From contig OX597817.1 of the NCBI GenBank assembly GCA_951406725.2, positions 172,174,001 to 172,238,000 of the forward strand: a stretch of 64,000 nucleotides of DNA, read 5' to 3'. Shown here in pieces: positions 42,041 to 56,748 of this stretch. This DNA is from Octopus vulgaris. Taxonomy: Eukaryota. The notes beneath the pieces were generated by a model. It worked only from the letters and a program-made list of their open reading frames with translations. It made no database searches and was not told the origin of the DNA. The position numbers and the translations under genes were made by a program. Position 1 is the first letter of the stretch; every line of letters begins with the position of its first letter.

Positions 42041-43689
42041 TGTATGTAGTTACATTACATATATGTATGTATGTGTATGTGTATGTGTGTGTGTGTGTGC
42101 TTGTGTGTGAGTATGTGGGTGTATACATATACATATATATACAGTTTGTGTTACTCTGGGTTGAACGGAAAGTGAGCAGGTGAAAAGGTGTTGTAGTTTC
42201 GTTCTGGTGCGTTATTATAAACTCTGTGAGGATTGAAGTATAGGGCCCCGTGATATTTAAATTCAATATTACTTAGTTTTACTTAATGGTTTATGAGACT
42301 GTAATATAAATGTTGTTAACGATGTTGCGAAATGTATATCAAAATTCCAAAAGCAATTTCTTCAACGAACACAAGTTTGTGTAGTTACATTGTTCGTTTC
42401 GCAACCACGAAACTTAGGATTTGGTTCTAATTCGTAGCACTTTGAACAAGTTTTTTCTTCTGTACCATCGGGTTGGATAATGCCTTGGCAATGAAATTTA
42501 GCCAACTGGGACGTGGTTAATGTCTAAGTAAATGTCCAAGGGTATGTATATGAAATTGTATGTAAGCGTTTTCTGCTACACCGCTTCAAATTCGACTGTC
42601 GTTTCTATTCGGTCAGTTAACTGTTCGATGAATAGATTTTAACAAATTAAGTCACAGGCTTGAAAGTAAACACTGGAGTTGATATGATCAACTAGACTCC
42701 GAAGGTGCTGCTCCAGCGTGGCCGTAACCCAGTGGCAGTAATTAGTAAAAGAATACATGACTTAAAGAACGTAGTTATATATAAAAACAACTGTCACTGT
42801 CTTCAAAATGAGAACCATTCGAATTGAGGCCGAAGACATTGAGCGCCATATTGAATGCAGAGACCTGAACGTTTGATTGGCTGATGCTAGAGACAAGCTA
42901 AATAGCATGGTAACATCTGTTGCATCTTTCTCTCTTTACGATGATGAGAAAGACGTTATCTCACATACCATCTGGATGGCAATAATATATTTATTTTCGG
43001 ATATTATCTTTATAATATGAAATGATACTCTGTAACAATATTAAATAAATGGCTTAATGGTAAAAGGCAAAATAAGAAGATAATTGCCATGCGAAAAGAA
43101 TTGTACAGTCAGAAGAAAGAAAGACATTCCTAAAATAAGAAGGCCATCGTTTATCGAGACTACTTCCCATCCAAGACATTAACTTGTCGCACAATATAAC
43201 ACATTAACTTGATTGACTTTTAAATGACCACCATATTTCTAAGGAAAGCAACCTATTGGCTAAAAATCGATTGCAAGAATTCCCCAAGACTTATTAGAAT
43301 ACGAAACTAATTTTCTTTCTGTCTTATTTTTCTCTGAAACAAAACTGTGTTCCCACAGGAAATATTGTAAATAGCATCTTCGATTCCTGTTACTGTCTGT
43401 CAAAGCGCTGAAACAATAATAATAAAAAGAAAGCCAAATAGTTGATGAATAAAATATTTCTAGACAGATATACTGTCGATTTCTGCTTTATTATTTGTGC
43501 ATTTTACTTAGTTATGTTCTGGTAAATAATCCAGCAATGCTGGATCCGAAGACGAAACCAGTAGGAAATTGGTTAAAAACGTTGGAGTCCACGTGAAGCC
43601 GATGGTAATGTCTTATCCTACTCCACATTGGGTTTTGCCTACGGGCGACGAGAAAGGAACAAGGGAAATTACAATATAACGTTATATAT

Positions 43690-44395
43690 GTTAGTTAGTT
43701 AGTTAGTTAATTTGGCTCAAAAGCAAATAGCAAGGCCATGTAGGGGGACATGGAGTTAAGTACAGGGTGGTGTTCATGTAAAGAGGTCAGGCCACTCTTT
43801 GAACAAAGCGGTCGTCGGCATCTTCACCATCTCGTCTAGCAGCTTGTTCCACGGATCCGCAACCCGGATGGAGAAAGCTCCTCTCCTTCGTTTGAGATGA
43901 AATCGTCGCAGGTAGAGCTTTTCGGAATGACCCCGCAGCCGACGCTCTGGAGCAGGAGTGAAGAACAGCTCTTTCGAGAGGTTACACTTTCCGCTTATGA
44001 TGTTGTGGGCGAGAATGAGATCACCACGGCGGCGGCGTTTTTCAAGAGAATAAAGGTCGAGCGTCCTCAGCCTTTCTTCGTAGGACAAATTTTTGAGACC
44101 ATGAACCATGCGGGTAGCCAGCTTCTGGACTCTTTCGAGATGCTGTATGTCTTTGAGGAGATAAGGAGAAGAGGCTTGAATCCCATACTCCAATATGGGT
44201 CTCACCAGCGTGACATAGAGTGGTAGGAATATGGCTGCTGTGAGCATTCCGAATGACCGTCGAATCAAGAACAGAATTCCGCGTGCTTTGTTGGCAGCAT
44301 GGACGCACTGGGCCGAAGGCGAAAAGGAGGAATCCACCAAGATACCTAGGTCCTTTACCTGATCGGTCCTCTCCAGCAGCAGACGGTTGAGGGCT
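43690..44395 (-). mobile_element. 5'-truncated CR1-group LINE (ORF2 C-terminus, 3' UTR, (TAAC)n tail)
   Basis: ORF 43774-44340 contains LYVTLVRPILEY...KDIQHLERVQKLATR...LSYEERLRTLDLYSLEKRRRRGDLI...LRGHSEKL. Confidence 0.9.
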
Positions 44396-46409
44396 TACAT
44401 ATAATGAGTCACCCGCTGGTTTGTACATTACTGGTTTCCCTTGTTACTCCGATGATTTGAGAAATTACACAAAATATGCGTGAAATGATATAAAAAATGG
44501 AAAAACTTGAAATAACTGTTAATAATAGTTAATTTCATTTACTCATTTATTACATAGTGTCAGAACTTTCGTTGATCAGGCTATAAACGAATCTTCCACG
44601 CTAAATTTGCTTTAGTTTCACCACACGGTCTCCAATCAAATTAATTACTAGATACATTAAGCTCTGAAATCAATAATAATAAATTGTCGTTTTAAGGGAT
44701 TTTAAAAATCCTTGTAATATATATGTTTCACATAAACTTTAGAGAAATACTTTTTAAGGAATATTTCTCGGGTATCCTTACAAAAATAACTCAGCCATTA
44801 TCTAATAAAAACCAGACGTACTTAATATTTTCAATATTGGAATATTAAATTGTTAAATATTTTGTCTTTTTCTAATCTTTCGAGTCTTTCCAGTCTTTGC
44901 CAGTCATTTTCCCACTTACCACAAACTTCATACTACCGTCAAGGAATGGTAGTAGCTATGAGCTTGCTCCATTCTTCAAGCTTTCTATTTCTGAAGTGGT
45001 AGGAAGAGGAAGAAAAAGCTATGAATGACTACAGCTGGGAACAGAACAGTGCACCAAGATGTCGTGTTAAGCCAAGACCTGAGACAAGACCAAAATACAT
45101 GCATCAGAAGAGACTCCGTTAAATATACCGAGGAGGATGTATTGATACGTGCATAAGTGCAGAGAACTTTAACAGAGAAACAATACAAAGCACCACCCTC
45201 CACTACTCTAACAAGAACCTCTCTATTCTACAGAGAAACTGTTTTTTATACTCCTAATCTCGTTTATTACAGTGTTTAGTTAAAAAAACGCCGTATTAAA
45301 TCAATCAGTGATAAATGAATAATAGAACATATGGGGGAAATAGGCTTTGGCTGCGAGGCCCTAAGCTGCCCAGGGCATTGTAAACGGTCACTAGCTCCAA
45401 GCAGAATCTTTGGCTGATCGTTGACCCGTGTTATCACAGACCAGTTCCTGATATACGTAACATGGTTCATAAATGAATGTACAGTGTATTACTCGGATCA
45501 GCGTTGAATGAATATGTGATAAACGAGGCTAAATGTATAAGTATGTAACGTGATTTTATGAAAGGAGGAATGGTATTATAATACAAATGAAATATGACCT
45601 CCAAACATATATAGAAACTAGTTCACGTATTCAGCTCGTTGGAAACTAAATACTTCTCTGCCGAGTTCAACACTAATAGCTTAAACATTTCAAGCGTTAT
45701 TGCGATTAGAAGAGAAAGCGTTTATAATATTCAGTTCAGGAGGAATTTTTATATCATTTCCTCTTAGATAAGGATCTTATCCACAAGAGATCTTACCCTT
45801 TTTACTTATTTTGTTCATCATTTAATCAAAGAGCGAAAAGTGTCGTTCATAATCAAGCTCATATAGAAAAAGAAATGAAGTTAAACTTATACCAGTGATT
45901 ATGTCAAAATGCTTGTAACTGATTAGACTCCGCTAAAGCCGCCCAAGAACAAGGTGATGTTGTTAAACCAGTCAACAGTTCTTAATTATGTGCAGAAAAT
46001 GTTATACTCATGATTTAGTACAGAAACAACTCTTGTACATAATTCAGTTTAGCATAGAGTTACTTGTGTATGTTTTAGTATTTAGGAATGCTTAGCTGAG
46101 AAACCAACCATGCACTTCTCTCGGTGTTTTAGCATCTTAACCTAGCAATGTTGCACCGGGCTACATGCTAAAAGTTCTATCATTACGTGACATCATTGCT
46201 AAAAGCTATCTACCTATTCTATTCGTGTCGTAAGAAGTGGTGAGTCGTTGAGATGCCAAACTAAATAGGAAACGGTATTTGATCTCGCTTATAACTATAA
46301 ATAAAACAAGTAGTCCTGTTGACGATTTTTGTATGCCAATAGCTTTAAATTTATGTACGTTATTTCATGTTTATGAAAATGCTTCCACTAAACACCTACA
46401 GATGTTTGA

Positions 46410-46626
<217 letters not shown>

Positions 46627-48495
46627 TATCTACGTATTCTTATATATTGTTTTATAAGTTTCAGCTCAAAGTTGTGGCCATGCTGGGGCATCGCTGTTTT
46701 GCTACACTATTATTATTGAGAGCCTCCTCTGATATGTGGCATTTGGTGAATAAGGGATTCTGATGTTGCTACCCTCGATTGTGCCTCCTGCCACGAGATA
46801 GGTTCATCTGGGACTCTCGACAGGGAGAGATCTAGTTTTGATCAACTTTGTGTAGGTCCCTCAGGCTCTTTGGGAGAATATTAAACAGTTGTGGGCCCCT
46901 GAAACCAAAGCCCTTGCAGTAATTGGTCCTGAAGCGCAACACTATTGCTGGGATCTTTGGCACTGTGCAGTGTCGACCCGTTCTGGCATTCGCTTAGCTT
47001 TCAATGCCAAATTTTGGGATAATCCCTTCCAGGATATTCCGGATGTATATTACTGCATATCTCTCTCGACTTCGATCAAAAGAGTAGAGTCTTAGCTATT
47101 TCAGCTTTTCCCAGTAGCTGAGCTGTTGCAATGAGACGATCTTCTTTGTGAAGCTTCACTGGATTGCTTCAAGGTCCGCTATTAATTTTACGCTGTGGGA
47201 TGACTATAGCTGGGTGCAGTAGTCCAGGCGGCTAAGGACAAATGTCCTCCAGAGGACCATCATGGTTTCCTTCTCTCTGGTTCTGAAGGTTCTCAGAATC
47301 CATCCAGCCAGCCGTCTGCATTTTGTCGCCATCTTGGTAATGTGCACTTGGAAAGAAGTATTATCACTCATGTCAATACCCAGGTTCCGTATAGCTTTAT
47401 GTTCTGAGATTGTAATCCCCTTTGAGCCAGTGTACCCTGTAAGTTTTACGTTCAGTTTTGGGCGCTGTTAGCGAAGGACTTGGGATTTTCCAGCATTAAA
47501 CTGCTTATTGTCCTCAGCCCATTTGTAAATTGAGTCCAATTCTTGCTGCAGGTGTGCAACATCGCTAGGGTTTTGTATTTTATGCGAGACTTTCGTATCG
47601 TCTGCGTAGCTAGCAAGGGTGGCTATCCGGGCAACTGAGGGTATATCTGAGAGGGTCACTATGAAAAGTACTGGTTCCAAGATCGTGCCCTGTGGAACAC
47701 CTCTCACTCTTTGTGTTTTCTTTGAGGTGGTTCCATTAGCCACGACTGCCTGACTTCTATCTTTCAGAAAGTCATGTAACCACTCTCCAAGTTTTCCAGC
47801 TATGCCGAGATCACGCAGTTTGTGACGTATCATACCATGATCCACTTTATCAAATGCTTTTGCAAAGTCAAGGTATATTACGTCCATATTTGAGTTGTTG
47901 AGTAACTGCCTCAACGCCCAGTCATAGTGCTGTGGGAGCTGGTTCAGGCCGCTCCCACCTGGTCGAAAACCATGCTGGGTATCACTGAGGAAGTCGTTTT
48001 CTTCAAGGAATGCGATTAGTTTCCCTCTGACTATTCGTTCCATGACTTTGCTGATGTGTGAAGTCAGATAGATAGGCCTATAATTTTTGGCATCTGCTCT
48101 GCTTCCCCCTTTATGAATTGGGCATATTATTCCCTCCTTCAGTTTGCTTGGCAGCCTACCATTTGAAAGAAAACTCTGGAAGAGAATCTGTAGTGGTTTC
48201 GCCAGGGCACGCTTACACGATTTGCGTCCACCTCATCTAATGGTTAGTATTATATCTTCTTCACCAATGTCGATGTAAACCATCGTAACTTCCTTGCTGG
48301 TTATAGGTGATGCGGCAAAGAAATCCACTGGTTCATTCACTTGTCTGTGTTCCAAGGGGGTTGTAAAGACACTTTTGAACTGATCATTCAGTACCTCACT
48401 GATCCTTGTTGGGTTATCTGTGAGGGAGCCATCCTTTTGGAAGAGGGTTCCATTTTGCAGAGTACTGAGTCTGCTTCTTAGACATAATGAAAGGT

Positions 48496-48664
48496 ACATT
48501 ATTTGCATTATTTACATTATTTACATTTGACGGATATTTGTCCTCATCTTGTTTGTTGTTAACACAACGTTTCGGCTGATATACCCTCCAGCCTTCATCA
48601 GGTGTCTTGGGGAAATTTCGAACCTGGGTTCTCATTCCTAAGATATTTTTCGATGTTGTTGTTG

Positions 48665-48754
<90 letters not shown>

Positions 48755-49130
48755 CAGGTCACTGCCTGGAATCGAACTCGGAATCTTGGGGTTAGTAACC
48801 CGCGCTCTTAACGACTACGCCAAATACCCACGGTCATTTGATGTTGTGGCGTAGTCGTTAAGAGCGCGGTCTACTAACCCCATGATTTCGAGTTCGATTC
48901 CAGGCAGTGACCTGAATAATAATAACAACAACAGCAACATTGAAAAGTACTTTAGGAATGAGAACCCTGGTTCGAAATTTACCCAAGTCACCTGATTAAG
49001 GCTGGAGGATGTATCAGCTGAAACATTATGTTAACAACAAACGAGATGAGGACAAATATCCGTCAAATGTAAATAATGTAAAAAATGCAAATAATGTACA
49101 TAATTCCTCATCTCTTAAATATAGAACTGT
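48496..49130. mobile_element. palindromic composite element: two head-to-head arms of tRNA-like head + (AAT/AAC)n + hammerhead motif + AT-rich Penelope-like end
   Basis: Arms 48496-48822 (-) and 48847-49099 (+) are reverse complements. 12-bp TSD ATAATGAAAGGT at 48484-48495 and 49131-49142. Confidence 0.8.
48561..48606 (-). ncRNA. minimal type I hammerhead ribozyme motif
   Basis: GACAC-CUGAUGA-A-GGCUG-GAGGGUAUAU-CAGCC-GAAAC-GUU-GUGUU: intact CUGAUGA/GAAA core, stem I GACAC/GUGUU, stem II GGCUG/CAGCC, palindromic AACGUU stem III. Confidence 0.7.
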
Positions 49131-50029
49131 ATAATGAAAGGTCATTTCTTTCTCCTTCACATAGGATTGTTGCAGGCTGTTTTCAATCTTGAAGCAATTT
49201 TCCACCTCTGTCCGTCGACTCATGAGGATCTTCCTCTCCTTTTTAATCTTGTTCTTTTTTGTGTTGGCCTTGTGCCCTGCAACATTTTGCTCGCATATGG
49301 TTTGCATAACAGACATGAAATATTTTAGTTTCATGCCAATGTCTGGTGTCGGCCAGTCCTGTCTGGGGATCTTTTTCCAGTCTGCTTTGTGGAAGTTCAG
49401 ATTGGAGAGATTTGGGGTTTCTTTTAGGATGTATGTCTCCTTGACACGAACTTTTTACACGCTAAAAAGGACAATTAAACCCAAACCACGAAAAAATAAT
49501 TCTTGCTGTCAAAATTCTCCTCTCTATGTATAAATCTTTATACACTCTTCTATATAAAAATATGTTATGCCTTATGACTTTTATTACGCATGTGAACCAC
49601 TGGTAATAAATTATTTATTCTAATTTTTTACCCTCATAAGTTACACAGTAAAATTTTCCAATTCTGACGCTATATACTATACAGGTTAAACTTATTCAAT
49701 GCTGGGCTATTTGACTAAGGCTACGGCACAACTTTGCATGCATAATGTATAAAGATGGAGCTGTCTTGAACACGTGTTTTCGGTACGTATTAAAGGTACA
49801 TAGTTATGCATTCTTTAGTGACCCCACTGAAGAACTACGGAGGACAAATTAATTTAGTTGGTTATTAATAGAGAAACTTGAGTATGAGATTGACTAAATT
49901 TTTGTTTTATTCATTCAAGTGCCATTAACAGCGTGCCTCAAGAGTTATTTTTCGTGGTTTGGGCTTCACTGCCATTTTTAGCATGTAAGAAGTCCTGCCA
50001 AGGGTCTTCTCTCTGAGTATAACTCTTTA

Positions 50030-50560
<531 letters not shown>

Positions 50561-51724
50561 TATACTTGTTTGTACTTGTGTGCGTGTGTGTGCGCGTGAG
50601 TATGTTTGCAGGCATTTTTATGCACGTATATTTTTACATGAATGCATTGTGTGTAAATAAGATCCTCGGTTGCTCTAAATAGCTGAGAAGTGTAAAGGTA
50701 GAGAGAAAACAACAACGACGTCAACAGCCGGACATATTTGCTGAACATCTGAAAAACATGAAGTTAGCAGTTGATTGAAGAATTTACGTCGAGAATGCTT
50801 AATAATTAGTTGTCTTATGCAAGTGCAAATAATAATAAGGGTAATAAAGAGTGGAAGACCAAACTAGACGTGGGATGAGAGAAGGAAAGAGAAGCAAAGA
50901 AAAGCAGAGTCTACTCTAGCAGCGAATTTCTCTTGTACATGATTTACGTAGAAGAAAAGCTATCGAGTCGGCCATATTTACTAGATATCAGTTTTAGAAT
51001 TCAGTACATTCTACTTGCGAAACATCTTCAATACAGTTGTCTCATGCTGAGTAGTGTAGTGTCAGTACAATGCGGCCGTTTGCTTATGTAAGAAATGTAT
51101 ACTCTAAGTACATAGGTAGTGTGCTTTTTAGAGATAGAGGTGAGCTACTGACGTCTCGATGTTGCTATCCGGTTTCGATTCTTGAAAGATAGAAAAATTT
51201 GTTTACGCTATTAATATTCTTGAGAAAAAACGATGAACGTATCAGCATCTCTTTATATTAAAATATAGGCTTTTCAAGTTCTATCAAAGAGAGACTCGTA
51301 TTATGCGTGTGTGATTGTGTGTGTGTGCGTGTGTGTGTGTTATTAAGCGCTGTAGATTAACGGTAATCGTCCGGTGTTGTTTGCTGGGTTGCAATTTGAG
51401 ACAATAATAAAATGTTTTATGATACTAACTTATGTTGGCGCCTGTGGAATATGCAAGCCAAAATAGCTTGTGCTACTGTTGCATGCTTCACAATATTGAG
51501 GACGCAAGTTCGATCCTACTGCGCGATTAGTTGGGCGAGTCTTTTTATGTTATTTTATTTTTTTAACCGATAGGTCCAGACAACTGAATTAACATATATT
51601 ATTATCTAGTGTAACAATTAAAAATGATAATAGCAGAATCAATAATATACGTGATTGCAGGCCCAAAAAAGTATTAAATAGCTGAAGGATTAAAATTAAT
51701 CAAAGGACACACACACACACATAC

Positions 51725-51791
<67 letters not shown>

Positions 51792-52569
51792 AATTGTTCA
51801 CAGTGTTGGATGATTTGAAACTTGGATTAAATGTCAAACGATATTTTATTTCCGAATCCCTTCGTTGACTGCTAAGACCTGACCACTGCCAATATTCCCT
51901 TTCATCACTCAAGTATCAACGAAATAAACAATACCAATGTTCTTACCATGAGTCACTATGCCATAAGATGACGACTTGGCAAAATCATTAGAGCGTCGGA
52001 TAAAGTGCATTATTGATTCATCTTCTTTGCATTATGAATTCAGATCTAGCTTTGTTTTTTGCGTGGTCGATAAGTAAAGTGCGGTTCAGTATTGTGGTTA
52101 ATTCTTCTTTCTCGCTGGAAGAAATCGGTTGTCTTTGGTCTTGCAAAGAAATAGGTGACACCCTAGCGAAATGCCTAAGATACGCCGCACGCCACAACAT
52201 CCCCTCCAAGAATTACGGATTCAAGAATAGGAAGGGCACACACTTCTCCAAAAATACTTCGTCCCATGTAAAAGGAAAGAAAAGAAAAAAATATACTTTC
52301 TGACAATTATTGAAGAGCAGCTTAGAGCACAAGATTAAATCTTGGTATACACATTTTGTGATTCTTTGGATTCTACGCGGTTTGAAGCTGTTTCATTTAT
52401 CTTACACCAAAACCATTCGATTCCTTTCTAGCTTGAGTCATATCACACGATTTACGTCACAAACGTACTTTGTAAGATTCATGAAAATTAAAATCTTTTC
52501 ATTCTAGCCTCCCTTAAAATCTTAAAATCGATTTTTCAGATAACACTTATATTCTATTATTTGGGCTTA

Positions 52570-54420
52570 CAAAAGGTGCCGTGCGAGCAGAATTGCTAAC
52601 ACACGGGATAGGCATGTGGCATTTCATCCGTCTTAACGTCCTAAGTACAAATTCCGCCGAGGTCGACTTTACCTTTCATCTCTTTAGGGGTCATACAAAT
52701 ATCAGTTGAGCACTGGGGATTAATGTAATCGAGTTACTCCCGAAATTGCTGGCCTTGTGCCGAAATTTGAATCCATTACTTGTGTTCGCAGGAAGATGGC
52801 TAATTTGTGAATGCAATTAATAGTGGGGCACAATACCCTGCGGTGATTGCACCGACTTTTTATGTTTTGAGTCCAAACTCCGACAACGTGAACTTTACTT
52901 TCATCGGCCCAGAGTCTCGATAAAATAAATACCAACCAAGAGTGAAAACGATATATTTCACTTCCCTTCCACCCAACTTGTATGTCCGATTTAATCGACG
53001 TAATTATTATAATTCTTTCTATTATAGGCACAAGGCTTGAAATTTTGGGAGAAGGGGATAATCGATTACATCAACTCCAGCCACTTTTTCATTGACCCCG
53101 AAAGGATGAAAGGCAAGATCGACTTCGGCGAAATTTGAACTCAGAACGCAAGCGAAATACCTATTTCTTTACTACCCACAAGGGGCCAAGCACAGAGAGG
53201 ACAAACAAGGACAGACAAACGGATTAAGTCGATTATATCGACCCCAGTGCGTAACTGGTACTTAATTTATCGACCCCGAAAGGATGAAGGGCAAAGTCGA
53301 CCTCAGCGGAATTTGAACGCAGAAAGTAGCGGTAGACGAAATACTGCTAAGCATTTCGCCCGGCGTGCTAAAGTTTCTGCCAGCTCGCCGCCTTCTACTT
53401 AATTCTGATAATACTAAATTCAAATCGTGTTTCTCTAAAGAGGAAAAAAAAAAAAAATAATAAGTAAATAAAACAATATCTTACATATGAATGAATATAA
53501 GTTCTGAAAACTATGATAAACTTTCGATCTGGTTCCAATACTCTGTTGAAACCATCTTCCCATTTTAGATATAACCTTTTTAAAGGCATTACAAATCTTA
53601 TCTCACCTCAGCCTTACAGAGTATTGCACCAATGTAAAAACACCAAATTTTGCTGTGGAAAATGAGAGATATGAATGAGATATGAACCTAAGACACCAAC
53701 ATTCATTATAATCCTTTCTACTATAGGCACAAGGCCTGAAATTATGAGGGAGGGGACAAGTTGATTACATCGACTCCAGTGTTTCACTGGTACTTAATTT
53801 ATCGACCCCGAAAGGATGAAAGGCAAAGTTGACTCCGGCGGAATTTGAATTCAGAACGTAAAGACGGACGAAATGCAGCTATGTATTTTGTTCGGCGTGC
53901 TAATGACTCAGCCAGCTTGTCGTTATATTTATGATAATAATAATAATCCTCTCTGCTACAGGCACAAGGCCTGAAATTTTGTGGCGGTGGGGCAAGTCGA
54001 TAGCATATCCCCTGGCATTCAACTGGTATTTATTTTATCGACACCAAAACGATGAAAGACAAAGAAGACCTCGGCGGACCTGAACTCAGAACGGAAAGAC
54101 GGGCAAAATAGCATGCCAGACGAAATGCTTCGCAGCATTTCGTCCGGCGTCCTAACAACTCTACCATCTCACCACCTTATTTATAACAATAATAAAATAG
54201 GTTTCAAATTTTTGGCACAAGACCAGCAATTTTTTATTTGGGGGTGGGAAAGTCAATTACATCGACCCCAGTACCAAATGGTGCTTATTTTGTCGACCTC
54301 CGAAAGGATGAATGGCAAAGTCAACTTCGGCGGAATTTGAACTCAGAACTTAAAGACGGACGAAATGCTTTGCCGCGTTTCGTCCGGCGTGCTATCAACT
54401 CCAGCCGCTCACTGCCTTAT
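52570..54420. mobile_element. cluster of about seven family C SINE copies (+ strand 52570-52980; - strand 53010-54420)
   Basis: Repeated GGCACAAGGC / ATCGACCCCGAAAGGATGAA / TTTGAACTCAGAAC blocks. Confidence 0.8.
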
Positions 54421-56446
54421 TTATAACAATGATAATATAAATATTTGTAAAACAATAAATTTGCAATGCTACAACGTTTATTTACTACTGATGACCTATT
54501 TAAAAGATTTGAAGACATTTTCTGAAAGACGAACGCTATTCATGCTTGTTTATTATTCTACAGATCAATTCTTCTTCAAGTGCAACAGCAAATAACGTTT
54601 TTCAGATGCCAAGCGATTAAAAACTTGGCAACGATCAACAAGGAAACAGTGGAAGATTGACTATTACAAACATCGTTCTGACAATTGAAATCTCAATGCA
54701 AAAGGAAATAGTTTTTGATGAACGTATTATAAACATAAGATTATATTTAGAGAATTCGTTATATTTCTAATTTGAGCTCAACAATAAATTTATATTAAAC
54801 ATTATATTTAAAAACAATTTTACAACAACAAAAAAATCAATTTTCATTTACTGTGTTATTTATATTTTTATTTTTATTTCAAATATTTCTTAAGGATAAT
54901 TTAAAACTAATTTTGTAGAAATATACATCATTAGTATTGGCAGGCACCAGAGATCAAGAATTAAGCTTCTGGTAAGGCGATACCAAATATTCTATTTCTA
55001 TTCTTGATTGGTACCGAATAAAAGTCACAACGTCACAGATCAAAACGAAATGATACCACGTTCATCGTGTCGGTTTCCAGGAGGTGGAGCAGTGAAAGCA
55101 ATGAGCGCAGCCGGCTCCTCCAAAACAAACCAATAAAAATTCACTTAGGCGTTGCGCCAGAAAACAGAAACTAATATATACAAATAAAATGGCAGCGAGA
55201 TGGAGAGAATCGTTAGAATGCTGGACAATGTTTAATAGCATTTCTTCTGGCTTCACATTTTGAATTCAAATTCTTCTGAGGTCGACTTTGCTTTTCATAT
55301 TTTCGGAGTCGATATTATAATAAGCAACAGTTGAGCCGATCAGACCTTGTGACAATAGTAGATAGAAATGTATACGAATAGCAATTGTAATGAGCGTTAT
55401 TGATTGAGATTTAAGCGATGCGGTTTCTATACCTGGTGAGGATAAATCACTTTAAGTATGCTAACTTTTCATTTCTAGTCGTTTAAACAAAGATAAGGTC
55501 TTTGAGCCCCGTCTGAAAGAAGAAAAATATCTTAGATAAAAAAAAAAAAACGATCTGGATGTATGCGTAGTTGTATAGTTATGAAGTTCGCCTCACATCC
55601 ATGTAGTCCTTAGTTCGATCTCACAACATGATATTTTGGACGCGTATCTCCTAAACTAGCTTACGTTTAACCCATGGATTGAGAGTAGAATTAGGTACAC
55701 TGAGATACAAAACGCATTCACTGTTATGGATGGTACACCTTCCATCATACCAAAGCTGAAGCCAAACAGCAACCATGACGTTTGATATTGTTGATGGCCA
55801 GCAATTTCGGGGGAAGGGGAAGTTGATTACACTAATTCTGTACTCGATGGCACTTATTTTATCGACTCCGAAAGGATGAAAGGCAAAGTCGACCTCATGA
55901 AGATTTGAACTCAGAACGTGAAGACGTATGAAATGCCGCTAAGCATTTAGCCTGAGGTGCTAACGATTCTACCACATCTGGAATGCTTAATATTTATTCC
56001 TTATAAGGCGGCGAGCTGGCAGAAGCGTTAGCACGCCGGGCGAAATGATTAGCGGTATTTCGTCTGTCTTTACATTCTGAGTTCAAATTCTGCCAAGGTC
56101 GACGTTGCCTTTCATCCTTTCTAGGTCGATAAACTAAGTAGCAGTTGCGTACTGGGGGTCGATCTAATCGACTGCCCCCCCCCTCCGCCAAATTTTCGGC
56201 CTTTGTGCCTAGATTAGAAGAGAATATTTATTCCTTATGAAGGATAGAAAATGGCCAATCGTTTGGCTACAATGTCTTCTATAATATAATTTTGTGTTTT
56301 ATGAGAAAATAAACCGACTCCAAAATTTAACTTGTAATTTATTGTATTGATACCGGAAGATTAAATCAAAGTTGACCTCAGCGGGATTTGAACTCAGAAC
56401 GGAAGAAAGAACATAACTGAATACAACAATATATATCACTCGATGT

Positions 56447-56748
56447 GGAGGCACATGGCCTAATGGTTAGAGCAGCGGACTTGCGGTCGAGGGATCGCGG
56501 GTTCGAATCTCAGACCGGGTGATGTGTATGTTTATGAGCGAAACACCTAAGCTACACGCGGCTCCGACAGAAGGTAATGGCGAACGTCTGCTGACTCTTT
56601 CGCCACAACTTTCTCTCACTCTTTCCTCCTGCATCTTTCAGCTCACCTGCGACGGACCGGCGTCCCGTCCAGGTAGGGAACCTATACGCCAAGGAAACCA
56701 GAAAACCGGCCCTTATGAGCCAGGGATGGCTCGAGAAGGAGCAAAAAT
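56447..56748 (+). mobile_element. SINE with family A head 1 + V-domain-like tail 2
   Basis: GGAGGCACATGGCCTAATGGTTAGAGCAGCGGAC...GAGCGAAACACCTAAGCT...CACAACTTTCTCTCACTCTT, then CCTGCGACGGACCGGCGTCCCGTCCAGG. TSD TATCACTCGATGT at 56434 and 56749. Confidence 0.85.

Larger units (their letters stand above)
46715..49440 (-). mobile_element. degraded CR1-group LINE ORF2 with reverse transcriptase domain, interrupted at 48496-49130
   Basis: ORF 47468-48043 contains QHGFRPG, VIYLDFAKAFDKVDH, GVPQGTILEP and YADDTK. Flanking frames are broken. Confidence 0.9.

Noticed and set aside
44960-45470. Possible solo LTR
   Set aside because: I could not identify TG...CA ends with a TSD.
53395-53640. Possible small exon on the minus strand (WEDGFNRVLEPDRKF...)
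   Set aside because: It has a plausible GTAAGA donor but no recognisable domain or partner exons.
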